A DNA stretch of 13,554 bases from Pseudobdellovibrionaceae bacterium (GTDB lineage Bacteria; Bdellovibrionota; Bdellovibrionia; Bdellovibrionales; Bdellovibrionaceae), in the NCBI GenBank assembly GCA_039810425.1, contig JBDHWW010000070.1:1-13554 (forward strand). Reading direction: 5' to 3'. The notes below the pieces were generated by a model that worked only from the letters and a program-made list of their open reading frames with translations, did no database searches and was not told the origin of the DNA. Within the stretch, counting starts at the first letter, position 1. Each line of letters starts with the position of its first letter. A program made the position numbers and the translations under genes. This document shows positions 1 through 7,828 of the stretch, in pieces.

Positions 1-2195
1 TGGAAGGGTTTTGGGGAACTCCATGTCGCGCCTATTAAGCTTGGCACGCTAACGCCAGTCAAGTGGATATGGAGGTAGTTGTTATAGGTTTTTGCCCAAT
101 CGACTTTCGACATATCGGCGCGCCAGAAGTGCTCTTTCTGCAAGTACCACGCTTCACGGTACATTTGCTTCCATTCCTCGCGCGGATGAATGTGCAAACG
201 GATGCGGCTCAGATCAATCCAACCGTCTTTCTTACCGATGTTGTGTTCTTTACTTGGCTTGGAACCAGTACTGACGAGGCGCAAGTCACTGCCCGTGCGA
301 TAAAGCAGGTGATGACCCTGCGCACTCACTTCAAAACTGCTGACATTTTCTGCCCAACGCTCTTCTTTATTATCTTCAAACTTAAAGGTGCAAAGAGCGT
401 AGTCGCGATCCCAACTCCAGCGCGAGAAATCCGACTCGGCTTTTACTTCCGCCATTCGATAGAGCACACCGCCCGGAATCGCCCGAATAGAATCGTAAGC
501 TTTCAAATCCACCGGAAAGGACATGATACGATGATCAATTCCATCAAAATCAATTTCAATATCTTCAGCCCCTGAAGTTTTCATCGGTTTTTTCTTTTTG
601 CTTGCCGCTTTGTTTTCAGATTTTCCAGGATCCGGAACAGGCAGATTGCCAACGCCCGCTTTGAACGGATTTGGCGCCGTCTTCGTTAAAGAAACCACGT
701 ACGGCTTCACCGCGAATGGAAAGCCTAAATCAAAGTGAGTCGCGTTGTAGATGGGATAGAACTCACGCACACTTAAAAAATACAAGTACTGTCCGTCTGG
801 GCTGAAGCTCGGAGACTCGTCCACCACAATCGGGGTCATCAACAACCGTGCTTTTTTAGTTTTGGTATCATAAACATGGATCTCAAAATTGCGGCGGGTT
901 TCAACTGCAGTCGTATAAGCCAAATAGCGGCCATTCGGAGACCAAGTCAGATCCGAAGCCCTGTGAACATTCGAACGTTCAACTAGAGTCACCTTCTGAG
1001 TCTTCGTATCCATCACGTAAAGCTCATTGCGGTTATTCGCAATTGCGATCAAATCTTTCTTAGGATTGCAGCGCATTGAGCGCACAACACCCCAGTCATG
1101 CTTTTCCGCCATGACTTTCATTTTACGATTCGCCACTTCACACTGCACAACTCTGTCGGACATTTGCGAATTGTTACCAGCCATGTATAAGTGCTTGCTA
1201 TCGTGCGAATACGTCGGATTTGAATAACGCACATCACGCAGCAGATCCCACTCGATCACCGGTCCATCAAACACCGGCATGCTGAAACCATGACCACGAG
1301 AAACAATGAAAAGCTCCTGCAGATTTGGCGCAATCGCATAAGAATCCAAATAGGACTCGGCATTTTCAAAACGCGGTTGAGCTTGGACTCCCGGAGTTGG
1401 ACACTCCACGACGACCTTTTGTTCTCTATCAATGGCAAGATCATAGTAATAAAGATCCGCGCCTTTCTGATAGACCAACCTCGCGCCATCGGTGTCCATA
1501 AAGCGCACATAGTAATCTTCATGATTCGTCAGACGCCTCAAGCTCTTGCCATCCAGCCCGCAACGATAGATGTTGGCGGATCCTTCGTGGTCTGAAACAA
1601 AATAAACCTGATTATTCACCAAGCGTGGTGATGACAAATTGGTTTTGAGATTTTTCAGAATGCGCTGGAATTTCTCTTTACTGGATTTGCGGGTCCAGAT
1701 AACACCGGCGGTTCCACCTTTATAACGTTTCCATCGGGCGGGATCTCCATTCTTACGGCCGATCATCATAGCGCCATTTTTACTGTAGCCACAGGTCAAA
1801 GCCTCGCCCAAATCCAACTTGCGATAATTTTTCTCGAGGAGATCAAACTCATAGATCTCATTCACACCGTAAGTTTGAAAGCTGCTGGAGAACAGGATCG
1901 TCTCTTCATCTTTCCAGCCGATCAGAGAAGAGATATTGAAATGAATTAAATGCTGAGGGGTTCCGCCCTCGACAGGAATCAGATAAAGACCCATTTGGCC
2001 TTTGTCGTTGCCGAGGTAAGCAATGCGCTCGCCATCCGGAGAAATTTTCGGAGACTTCGCAATACCAATATTGGCCGTCAAGCGCTTTGCCAGCCCGCCT
2101 TCGCGCGTGACACTCCACAAATCGTCGTCTGAAACAAAAACGATCGTGTCATGATGAATGTGGGGTTGCGAATAGTAGCCAAGATTGTCCGACAT
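1..2195 (-). CDS. Tricorn-type S41 family protease, N-terminal ~730 codons (runs off the left edge; catalytic C-terminal region not in window)
   Basis: Manual translation from ATG at 2195 (preceded by AAGGAAGG) gives MSDNLGYYSQPHIHHDTIVFVSDDDLWSV..GGLAKRLTA..SPKISPDGERIAY, the typical tricorn beta-propeller start. The same frame later reads EWQQMYREAWYLQKEHFWRADMSKVDW, the tricorn C1-domain entry. It is absent from the ORF track, consistent with no stop inside the window. Similarity appears to end near position 71. Confidence 0.92.
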   Translation of the reverse strand, partial: MSDNLGYYSQPHIHHDTIVFVSDDDLWSVTREGGLAKRLTANIGIAKSPKISPDGERIAYLGNDKGQMGLYLIPVEGGTPQHLIHFNISSLIGWKDEETILFSSSFQTYGVNEIYEFDLLEKNYRKLDLGEALTCGYSKNGAMMIGRKNGDPARWKRYKGGTAGVIWTRKSSKEKFQRILKNLKTNLSSPRLVNNQVYFVSDHEGSANIYRCGLDGKSLRRLTNHEDYYVRFMDTDGARLVYQKGADLYYYDLAIDREQKVVVECPTPGVQAQPRFENAESYLDSYAIAPNLQELFIVSRGHGFSMPVFDGPVIEWDLLRDVRYSNPTYSHDSKHLYMAGNNSQMSDRVVQCEVANRKMKVMAEKHDWGVVRSMRCNPKKDLIAIANNRNELYVMDTKTQKVTLVERSNVHRASDLTWSPNGRYLAYTTAVETRRNFEIHVYDTKTKKARLLMTPIVVDESPSFSPDGQYLYFLSVREFYPIYNATHFDLGFPFAVKPYVVSLTKTAPNPFKAGVGNLPVPDPGKSENKAASKKKKPMKTSGAEDIEIDFDGIDHRIMSFPVDLKAYDSIRAIPGGVLYRMAEVKAESDFSRWSWDRDYALCTFKFEDNKEERWAENVSSFEVSAQGHHLLYRTGSDLRLVSTGSKPSKEHNIGKKDGWIDLSRIRLHIHPREEWKQMYREAWYLQKEHFWRADMSKVDWAKTYNNYLHIHLTGVSVPSLIGATWSSPKPF

Positions 2196-2264
2196 AGACG
2201 TCCCTTCCTTTGCAAACTTTGAAGGGGATATCTAAACACGGCCGCCTTGCACTGTTAAGGAATT

Positions 2265-2987
2265 TTAAGGGGCGTTGAAAAGAACCAAATAGTCGCGCTC
2301 CCCGACTTGATCCATCATGCCTTCATAGAAACCAGGCTTCGATTTTTTGCGATATGCTAAACGTGCTTTTTGCTCCGCCATACAACCCATCGCACCGATC
2401 CCGTCGCGATCATTCGAACCCATTACGCATTGAATCGGCATGTCGGCCTCTTGCTCCGGGGACCGTGGGAAGCCCATGATTGAAAAGCTCATCGGCGCAA
2501 GATCTGACTCTTTGCGGATTTTGTCCGCAGGATTGCTCTGCAAGCGCTGAGACGCATAAATGCTCGGTACAATCACTGCCATCCTCAAGCCCTGCTCGCG
2601 GGCTTTTTTGGCGCCTTCGATAAAACGCGCGACGTCCGCTTTTATATCCAGTTTAACTGCACTAGGAAACATCTCAGAAGCAAACGGAAGTTCAGGATCA
2701 ATAATCAATGCTTGATATTGAAGCTCAGGAATTTGACTTTGCTCTAAGAAAGCCTTCCACACCTCGAGGTCCATTTTACGGCCAGGCGTCACGCCAAGCA
2801 TCAGAAGCGGAGCGCCTTTGATTTCTTGATTCAGTCTCAAAATAATTGCGTCTGACATCTTCGCCGGCTCGCTAAAATGACTGTAGGTGATTTTAGGAAT
2901 GCTCTTCGGCTGAATGCCAAAATAAACCGAGAATCCAATGCCACAAAGAAGAACAACCGCCGCTAGAATTCCGTACAAATATTTCAT
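2265..2987 (-). CDS. Hypothetical protein with an N-terminal signal/transmembrane anchor (240 aa)
   Basis: Long ORF filling the gap between the tricorn gene and the pan operon. ATG at 2987 gives MKYLYGILAAVVLLCGIGFSVYFG (a basic residue then a hydrophobic stretch), a more plausible start than TTG at 3023. No family recognised. Confidence 0.8.
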   Translation of the reverse strand: MKYLYGILAAVVLLCGIGFSVYFGIQPKSIPKITYSHFSEPAKMSDAIILRLNQEIKGAPLLMLGVTPGRKMDLEVWKAFLEQSQIPELQYQALIIDPELPFASEMFPSAVKLDIKADVARFIEGAKKAREQGLRMAVIVPSIYASQRLQSNPADKIRKESDLAPMSFSIMGFPRSPEQEADMPIQCVMGSNDRDGIGAMGCMAEQKARLAYRKKSKPGFYEGMMDQVGERDYLVLFNAP

Positions 2988-3042
2988 AAATAGGGGGTTA
3001 ACACCTCCCCTGGCGGTTAGCAAGCCTGGGGTTAAGAAACAC

Positions 3043-3071
3043 TTGTTTTTATTAGGATTTGTGACTAAGTT
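3043..3071 (+). promoter_or_regulatory. Putative sigma70 promoter of the pan/CoA operon
   Basis: TTGTTT (3043-3048), a 17-nt spacer and TAAGTT (3066-3071, TAnnnT). The predicted start site near 3077 gives a ~60-nt leader before ATG 3136. Confidence 0.5.
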
Positions 3072-3076
3072 GTGCC

Positions 3077-3135
3077 ACTCTTAAGTAAAGGACTTGATCT
3101 CTAGGTTTAAGAAACCCGACAGGTACCGTAAGGTT
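3077..3135 (+). ncRNA. Candidate structured 5' leader (cis-regulatory RNA) of the pantothenate/CoA operon
   Basis: Manual pairing gives an imperfect hairpin at 3090-3127 with two bulged A residues (3097, 3125). It competes with a hairpin at 3081-3097 plus an ACC-GUAA-GGU hairpin at 3125-3134 that covers AAGG just before the start codon. Confidence 0.35.
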
Positions 3136-3852
3136 ATGACAAAGTATCTCATTATTGGTGCAGGCAAACTTGCTAAGCACTTAAATCACTACCTCTCTCT
3201 TCTTGGGCATCATTCGCTCAACTGGGATCGCTCGCAAGATCCGCACCTCCTTAAAACCAAAATGACCGAAGCCACCCATGTGCTACTTGCCATTTCGGAC
3301 TCTGCTATTGACAGCTTTTACTTAAAGCATCTCGCGGGCCTGGACAAGACCGTGGTGCATTTCTCGGGAGCTTTGAATGTTCCTGAAGTGATCGCGGCTC
3401 ATCCACTGATGACTTTCGGGCCGGAGCTCTACGATCACGGGACGTACTTCCGTGTTCACTTCGTGGTAACAGGAGCCACGAGTTTGCACGAGGCTTTGCC
3501 TGGTTTACCCAATGAGTTTTCACTCTTAGCGCCTGAGCATAAAGCACTTTATCACGCGCTTTGTGTGATCGGTGGAAACTTTCCGGTGATTCTTTGGCGG
3601 AAAATGTTTTCGGAGATGGAACGCCTCGGGGTTCCTCGCGAAGCCGCACGTGTCTATCTTGAAACCATCCTTCTTAATACTATGAAAAACCCGCAAACCG
3701 CGTTGACAGGTCCACTGGCCCGTAAAGATAAAACCACCGTTCTCAAAAACATTGAGGCGCTGGAGAATGATCCTTTTCAGGAAGTCTATTTCACATTTGC
3801 ACGTATTGTCGCCCCCGCCTTGCTGGGTGGCGAGAAAGAGAGGCAGCCATGA
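3136..3852 (+). CDS. panG: Rossmann-like/DUF2520 oxidoreductase, probable PanG-type ketopantoate reductase
   Basis: N-terminal nucleotide-binding motif YLIIGAGKLA, plus VVHFSGA, AAHPLMTF, KALYHA and ALTGPLARKD, the pattern of DUF2520 proteins. First gene of a pan operon lacking panE, with an ATGA overlap onto panB. ATG 3136 is preferred over TTG 3094. Confidence 0.8.
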   Translation: MTKYLIIGAGKLAKHLNHYLSLLGHHSLNWDRSQDPHLLKTKMTEATHVLLAISDSAIDSFYLKHLAGLDKTVVHFSGALNVPEVIAAHPLMTFGPELYDHGTYFRVHFVVTGATSLHEALPGLPNEFSLLAPEHKALYHALCVIGGNFPVILWRKMFSEMERLGVPREAARVYLETILLNTMKNPQTALTGPLARKDKTTVLKNIEALENDPFQEVYFTFARIVAPALLGGEKERQP

Positions 3853-4637
3853 ACATCCTTGAGTTCCAAGAAAGAAAGCAAAATGGGCAAAAGATCTCGA
3901 TGATCACTTGCTACGATTACAGCTTCGCCAAGATTTTAAATGAAACTGATATCGACGTCTTGCTCGTAGGCGACAGTCTCGGCATGACCATGCACGGATT
4001 CGCGACGACTTTAAATGTTTCGACGGAAATGATGGCTTTACATACGGCTGCGGTGGTTCGGGGAGCTCCGAAGAAGCTGATCATCGGTGATTTGCCTTTT
4101 TTAGCTTACCGTAAATCTCTCGATGAAAATATGGATTGCGTTGAGCAGATCATGAAAGCCGGTGCTCACGCGGTAAAACTCGAAGGCGCCGTTGGTAACG
4201 TCGAACTTGTTCGCCACTTGGTGGACTCTGGTGTTCCCGTGATGGGGCACCTGGGATTGACACCGCAATCTATCAATCAACTTGGCGGATTTAAAGTTCA
4301 AGGTCGCAATGAAAAGGCCCAAGAGGCGATCAAGCGACACGCTTTGCAATTGCAAGAGGCTGGTGCATTTAGCGTAGTGCTTGAGTGCGTGCCTTCACAT
4401 CTCGCCTATGAAATTACTAAATCTCTGGAAATTCCAACCATCGGCATCGGAGCCGGGGTTGATTGTGATGGTCAGGTGTTGGTTCTGCAGGACATGCTCG
4501 GCATGAACAATGAGTTCAAACCGAAATTCTTGCGCCAGTACTTTAATGGTGTTGAAGAACTCAAAAAATCTTTCAACAAATACCACTCCGACGTTATCCA
4601 CAAAGAATTCCCCACTGAGAAAGAGAGCTATTCATGA
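3849..4637 (+). CDS. panB: 3-methyl-2-oxobutanoate hydroxymethyltransferase
   Basis: Motifs KISMITCYD, LLVGDSLGM, AVKLEG, MGHLGLTPQ, VVLECVP and PTIGIGAG..CDGQVLV. Confidence 0.98.
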   Translation: MNILEFQERKQNGQKISMITCYDYSFAKILNETDIDVLLVGDSLGMTMHGFATTLNVSTEMMALHTAAVVRGAPKKLIIGDLPFLAYRKSLDENMDCVEQIMKAGAHAVKLEGAVGNVELVRHLVDSGVPVMGHLGLTPQSINQLGGFKVQGRNEKAQEAIKRHALQLQEAGAFSVVLECVPSHLAYEITKSLEIPTIGIGAGVDCDGQVLVLQDMLGMNNEFKPKFLRQYFNGVEELKKSFNKYHSDVIHKEFPTEKESYS

Positions 4638-5392
4638 CCCGTGTGATTCGCAGCCCGCAGGAATTCAAACAATGGCGCCGTGATCAGGCAGGTATGACCG
4701 TTGGCTTTGTGCCGACAATGGGTGCTTTGCACGCGGGCCACGAAAGCCTATTAAAGCGCTGCCGTGAGGAAACGGAGTTGGTCGTCTTGAGCATTTTTGT
4801 GAACCCCACGCAGTTCAATGATCCGAAGGACTTCGAAAAATATCCAACGACCTGGGAACAAGACCTCGCGATAGCCGGGAAAAACGGTGTCGACATTGTT
4901 TTCTACCCTCGCCCTGAGGAAATGTACCCGGATGGTTATCACTACAAAGTGATTGAAGACGATTTCACCAAAGTTCTGTGTGGCGCGACTCGCCCCGGTC
5001 ACTTTGACGGTGTTTTGTCGGTGGTCATGAAGCTGTTTAATATTGTCTCTCCGACGAAAGCCTATTTTGGCGAGAAAGACTTCCAACAGCTGACGCTTAT
5101 ACAGGGAATGGTGCGTGCGTTCTTTATGGATCTCATTATCGTACCGGTAGCGACAATGCGCGAGACGGACGGTCTTGCAATGAGTTCGCGCAATGTGCGT
5201 TTGACTCCTGAACAGCGCATGAAAGCGCCTGAAATTTACAAAGCAATTAAGGCGGCCGCGTCGGCGTCTGGCGCGGCTGAAGCGTTGGTGAAGCACGGGT
5301 TTAAGGTGGACTATGTGACGGATTTTAAAGGCCGTCGTTTTGCAGCCGCCTTTTTAGGTGATGTGAGGTTGATCGACAATGTCCAAATCTAA
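4634..5392 (+). CDS. panC: Pantoate--beta-alanine ligase (pantothenate synthetase), compact 252-aa form
   Basis: Motifs GFVPTMGALHAGH (HIGH-like), SIFVNPTQF, RPGHFDGV, YFGEKDFQQ, RETDGLAMSSRN and VRLIDN. Confidence 0.98.
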   Translation: MTRVIRSPQEFKQWRRDQAGMTVGFVPTMGALHAGHESLLKRCREETELVVLSIFVNPTQFNDPKDFEKYPTTWEQDLAIAGKNGVDIVFYPRPEEMYPDGYHYKVIEDDFTKVLCGATRPGHFDGVLSVVMKLFNIVSPTKAYFGEKDFQQLTLIQGMVRAFFMDLIIVPVATMRETDGLAMSSRNVRLTPEQRMKAPEIYKAIKAAASASGAAEALVKHGFKVDYVTDFKGRRFAAAFLGDVRLIDNVQI

Positions 5393-6653
5393 AATACTTT
5401 TCATGATGACAGGCTCCATTGCCTGTTACAAAGCCTGCCAAGTGATTTCCCGCCTCGTGCAAGCCGGAAACGAAGTCCAAGTCGTGGCGTCGCCAAGTGC
5501 ATTGCAGTTTGTGGGCAATGCGACCTTTGAGGGGCTGACCGGCAAAAGTGTTGTCAGCGATCTCTACGCTCCGGGCAATGTGATGGACCATATCCATCTC
5601 ATGCGCTGGGCGGATCTTGTGATTGTGGCTCCGGCAACGGCGAATTACATTAACAAAATCGCTCAAGGTGTCGGCGACGATTTACTGACGACTTTGTTCT
5701 TGGCCCACGATTTCAAGAAGCCCTTCTTGGTGGCCCCGGCGATGAACACCAGCATGTACATGCATCCGGTGACTCAGTCGTCGATCAAACGCCTGCGCGA
5801 AATGGGTCTCGAAATCCTCGAAACCGCTTCGGGCGTGTTAGCCTGCGGCGAAGCCGGTTCCGGAAAGCTCCTCGACCCCGACTTGATCCTAAGGTACGCC
5901 GTACCTTTTTCGGATGCGGCGGGTAAAAATGAGGCCCGGGCGAATACGAGCGACTTGATCCGGAAAAGCGACCTGGTACCTTTTCGGGTGTTGGTGACTT
6001 CAGGGGGCACCGTGGAGCCGATTGATAACGTGCGCGTGATTACAAACGTGAGCTCCGGCGAAACCGGCGCGCACCTTGCGGAACTGCTCACCGATCTTGG
6101 CTGCAGTGTTCATCTTTTACGGGCTGAAGCCGCTAAGCTTGCGGATACCCGGGTTGAGCAATCGACCTACACGACATTCCATTCTCTGCAGAAAAATCTG
6201 AAGTTCTTGCTCGCCAACCGCGAGTTCGACGCTGTTATTCACACAGCGGCTGTCAGTGATTTCTCGGTCGGCAGCCTTGAAATCAACGGTCGCGAGATGT
6301 CTGCTAGCGAATTCCCTAAGATTCACTCTTCAGACAACCTGACGATTCATTTTAAAAACAATCCAAAGATTGTCGATGAGATTAAATCCTACAGCGGCAA
6401 TAAAAATCTAAAACTCGTTGCATTCAAACTGACAAGCAAAGCTTCTGAGGAAGAGCGCAATCAGGCCGTTGCAAAGCTGCGGGCGCATTCAAAGGCCGAT
6501 CTCGTTGTTCAGAACGACACGAGTGAAATCGATAAGATTAAACAGCAGCATCGTTTTACCCTCTATAGCGGTGCGGATAAAAAGGTCCCGCTTGAAAACA
6601 TTCAGGCGCTGGCCAGCGAATTGTTACAGAATTTTATGAAGGAGAAGCTATGA
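5379..6653 (+). CDS. coaBC: Bifunctional phosphopantothenoylcysteine decarboxylase / phosphopantothenate--cysteine ligase
   Basis: CoaC half: [40 protein letters not shown]. CoaB half: [32 protein letters not shown]. Overlaps panC by 14 nt. Confidence 0.96.
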   Translation: MSKSKILFMMTGSIACYKACQVISRLVQAGNEVQVVASPSALQFVGNATFEGLTGKSVVSDLYAPGNVMDHIHLMRWADLVIVAPATANYINKIAQGVGDDLLTTLFLAHDFKKPFLVAPAMNTSMYMHPVTQSSIKRLREMGLEILETASGVLACGEAGSGKLLDPDLILRYAVPFSDAAGKNEARANTSDLIRKSDLVPFRVLVTSGGTVEPIDNVRVITNVSSGETGAHLAELLTDLGCSVHLLRAEAAKLADTRVEQSTYTTFHSLQKNLKFLLANREFDAVIHTAAVSDFSVGSLEINGREMSASEFPKIHSSDNLTIHFKNNPKIVDEIKSYSGNKNLKLVAFKLTSKASEEERNQAVAKLRAHSKADLVVQNDTSEIDKIKQQHRFTLYSGADKKVPLENIQALASELLQNFMKEKL

Positions 6654-7420
6654 TCCTCGCCCTTGACGTTGGTAATACTCAGATTTACGGCGGCGTTTTC
6701 GATAAAGAGAAAATGCTGCTTTCATTTAGAAGAAATTCGAAGCAGGGGTCTTCTTCAGATGAAGTCGGTATTTTTTTGCGCACCGTGCTTCGTGAAAATA
6801 ATATTGACCCTTCCAAGGTCAAACACATCGCGATCTGCTCAGTTGTTCCGGATGTGATTTACTCCCTTCGTGGCGCTTGCAAAAAGTATTTCGATATCAA
6901 CCCGTTCATTCTGCAAGCCGGAGTGAAAACGGGTTTAAAAGTCAAGTACCGTAACCCGGTGGAAGTCGGAGCGGACCGCATTGCGAACTCAATCGCAGCG
7001 ACTCAGCTTTTTCCGAATAAGAATCTCATCATTGTGGACCTCGGAACAGCGACGACGTTCTGTGCCGTCTCTAAGGATAAAGACTACCTCGGTGGCTCTA
7101 TCGTTGCAGGCTTGAGGCTCTCGATGGAATCGCTTGAGGCCAAGACTTCGAAGCTGCCGTCAGTTGAAATCATGGCGATGAATGAAGCTCTGGGCCGCTC
7201 AACCATTGAAAGCTTGCAGTCAGGCTTGTACTACGGTCACGTCGGCACTATCAAAGAGATCAGCGAGCGCATCTCGAAAGAAGCTTTCGATGGCGATAGA
7301 CCGTTTATTATCGGCACCGGCGGGTTCGCGAATTTATTTGAAAAAGAAAAGATTTTTGACGTGATCGTCCCAGACCTCGTTTTGAAAGGTCTTTTGCACT
7401 CGCTGAAGATGAATGCCTAG
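6650..7420 (+). CDS. coaX: Type III pantothenate kinase
   Basis: Motifs [34 protein letters not shown] and IGTGG. ATGA overlap with coaBC. Confidence 0.97.
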   Translation: MILALDVGNTQIYGGVFDKEKMLLSFRRNSKQGSSSDEVGIFLRTVLRENNIDPSKVKHIAICSVVPDVIYSLRGACKKYFDINPFILQAGVKTGLKVKYRNPVEVGADRIANSIAATQLFPNKNLIIVDLGTATTFCAVSKDKDYLGGSIVAGLRLSMESLEAKTSKLPSVEIMAMNEALGRSTIESLQSGLYYGHVGTIKEISERISKEAFDGDRPFIIGTGGFANLFEKEKIFDVIVPDLVLKGLLHSLKMNA

Positions 7421-7459
7421 TCGGAGAATTGGAAAAAGATCTGGAAAATGGAGCAAAAT

Positions 7460-7828
7460 ATGAACGTATCAATGTTGAAATGTAAAATCCATAGAGCGAC
7501 TGTAACCGGCGCTGACCTGAACTATGAAGGATCGGTTTCGATTGATCCAAAGCTGATCAAAGCCGCAGGTTTGTTTTTGAATGAACGCGTAGATATCTAT
7601 AACTGCACCAATGGCGCACGCTTCTCGACTTATGTGATTGAAGGCAACAGAGGTGAAATTTGCCTGAACGGTGCGGCGGCCCGCCACGTTCACAAAGGCG
7701 ACTTGGTGATTATTGCAGCTTATTGCGGGATGGACGCCAAGGAGGCTCCTAAGCACAAACCAACGGTTGTGTTCGTTGATGCTAAAAATCGCGTGAAAGA
7801 ATTGCGCGCCGAGCGTAAACATAAGTAA
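7460..7828 (+). CDS. panD: Aspartate 1-decarboxylase proenzyme
   Basis: Starting at ATG 7460 (GGAG at 7450-7453) places K9-I-H11-R and the G24-S25 self-cleavage site (LNYEGS) at canonical positions. NGARFSTY and CLNGAAAR are also present. Confidence 0.97.
   Translation: MNVSMLKCKIHRATVTGADLNYEGSVSIDPKLIKAAGLFLNERVDIYNCTNGARFSTYVIEGNRGEICLNGAAARHVHKGDLVIIAAYCGMDAKEAPKHKPTVVFVDAKNRVKELRAERKHK

Noticed and set aside
63..2132. Track ORFs 63-575, 92-274, 1027-1227, 1256-1522, 1290-1595, 1906-2118 and 1950-2132
   Set aside because: All lie antisense or out of frame within the tricorn protease CDS and have no recognisable motifs.
2994..3035. Direct repeat GGGGTTAA (2994-3001 and 3028-3035) and GC-rich mini-hairpins in the divergent promoter region
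   Set aside because: Only 8 bp in two copies. It could be an operator but cannot be distinguished from chance without comparative data.
3072..3126. Purine-riboswitch-like three-way junction (GUGCC/GGUAC closing stem, UCUCUA and CCGAC junction-like words)
   Set aside because: The loops lack the GG/CC kissing partners, the stems are too short, the 5' strand probably lies upstream of the predicted TSS, and the downstream genes are not purine-related. Kept only as a generic structured-leader candidate.
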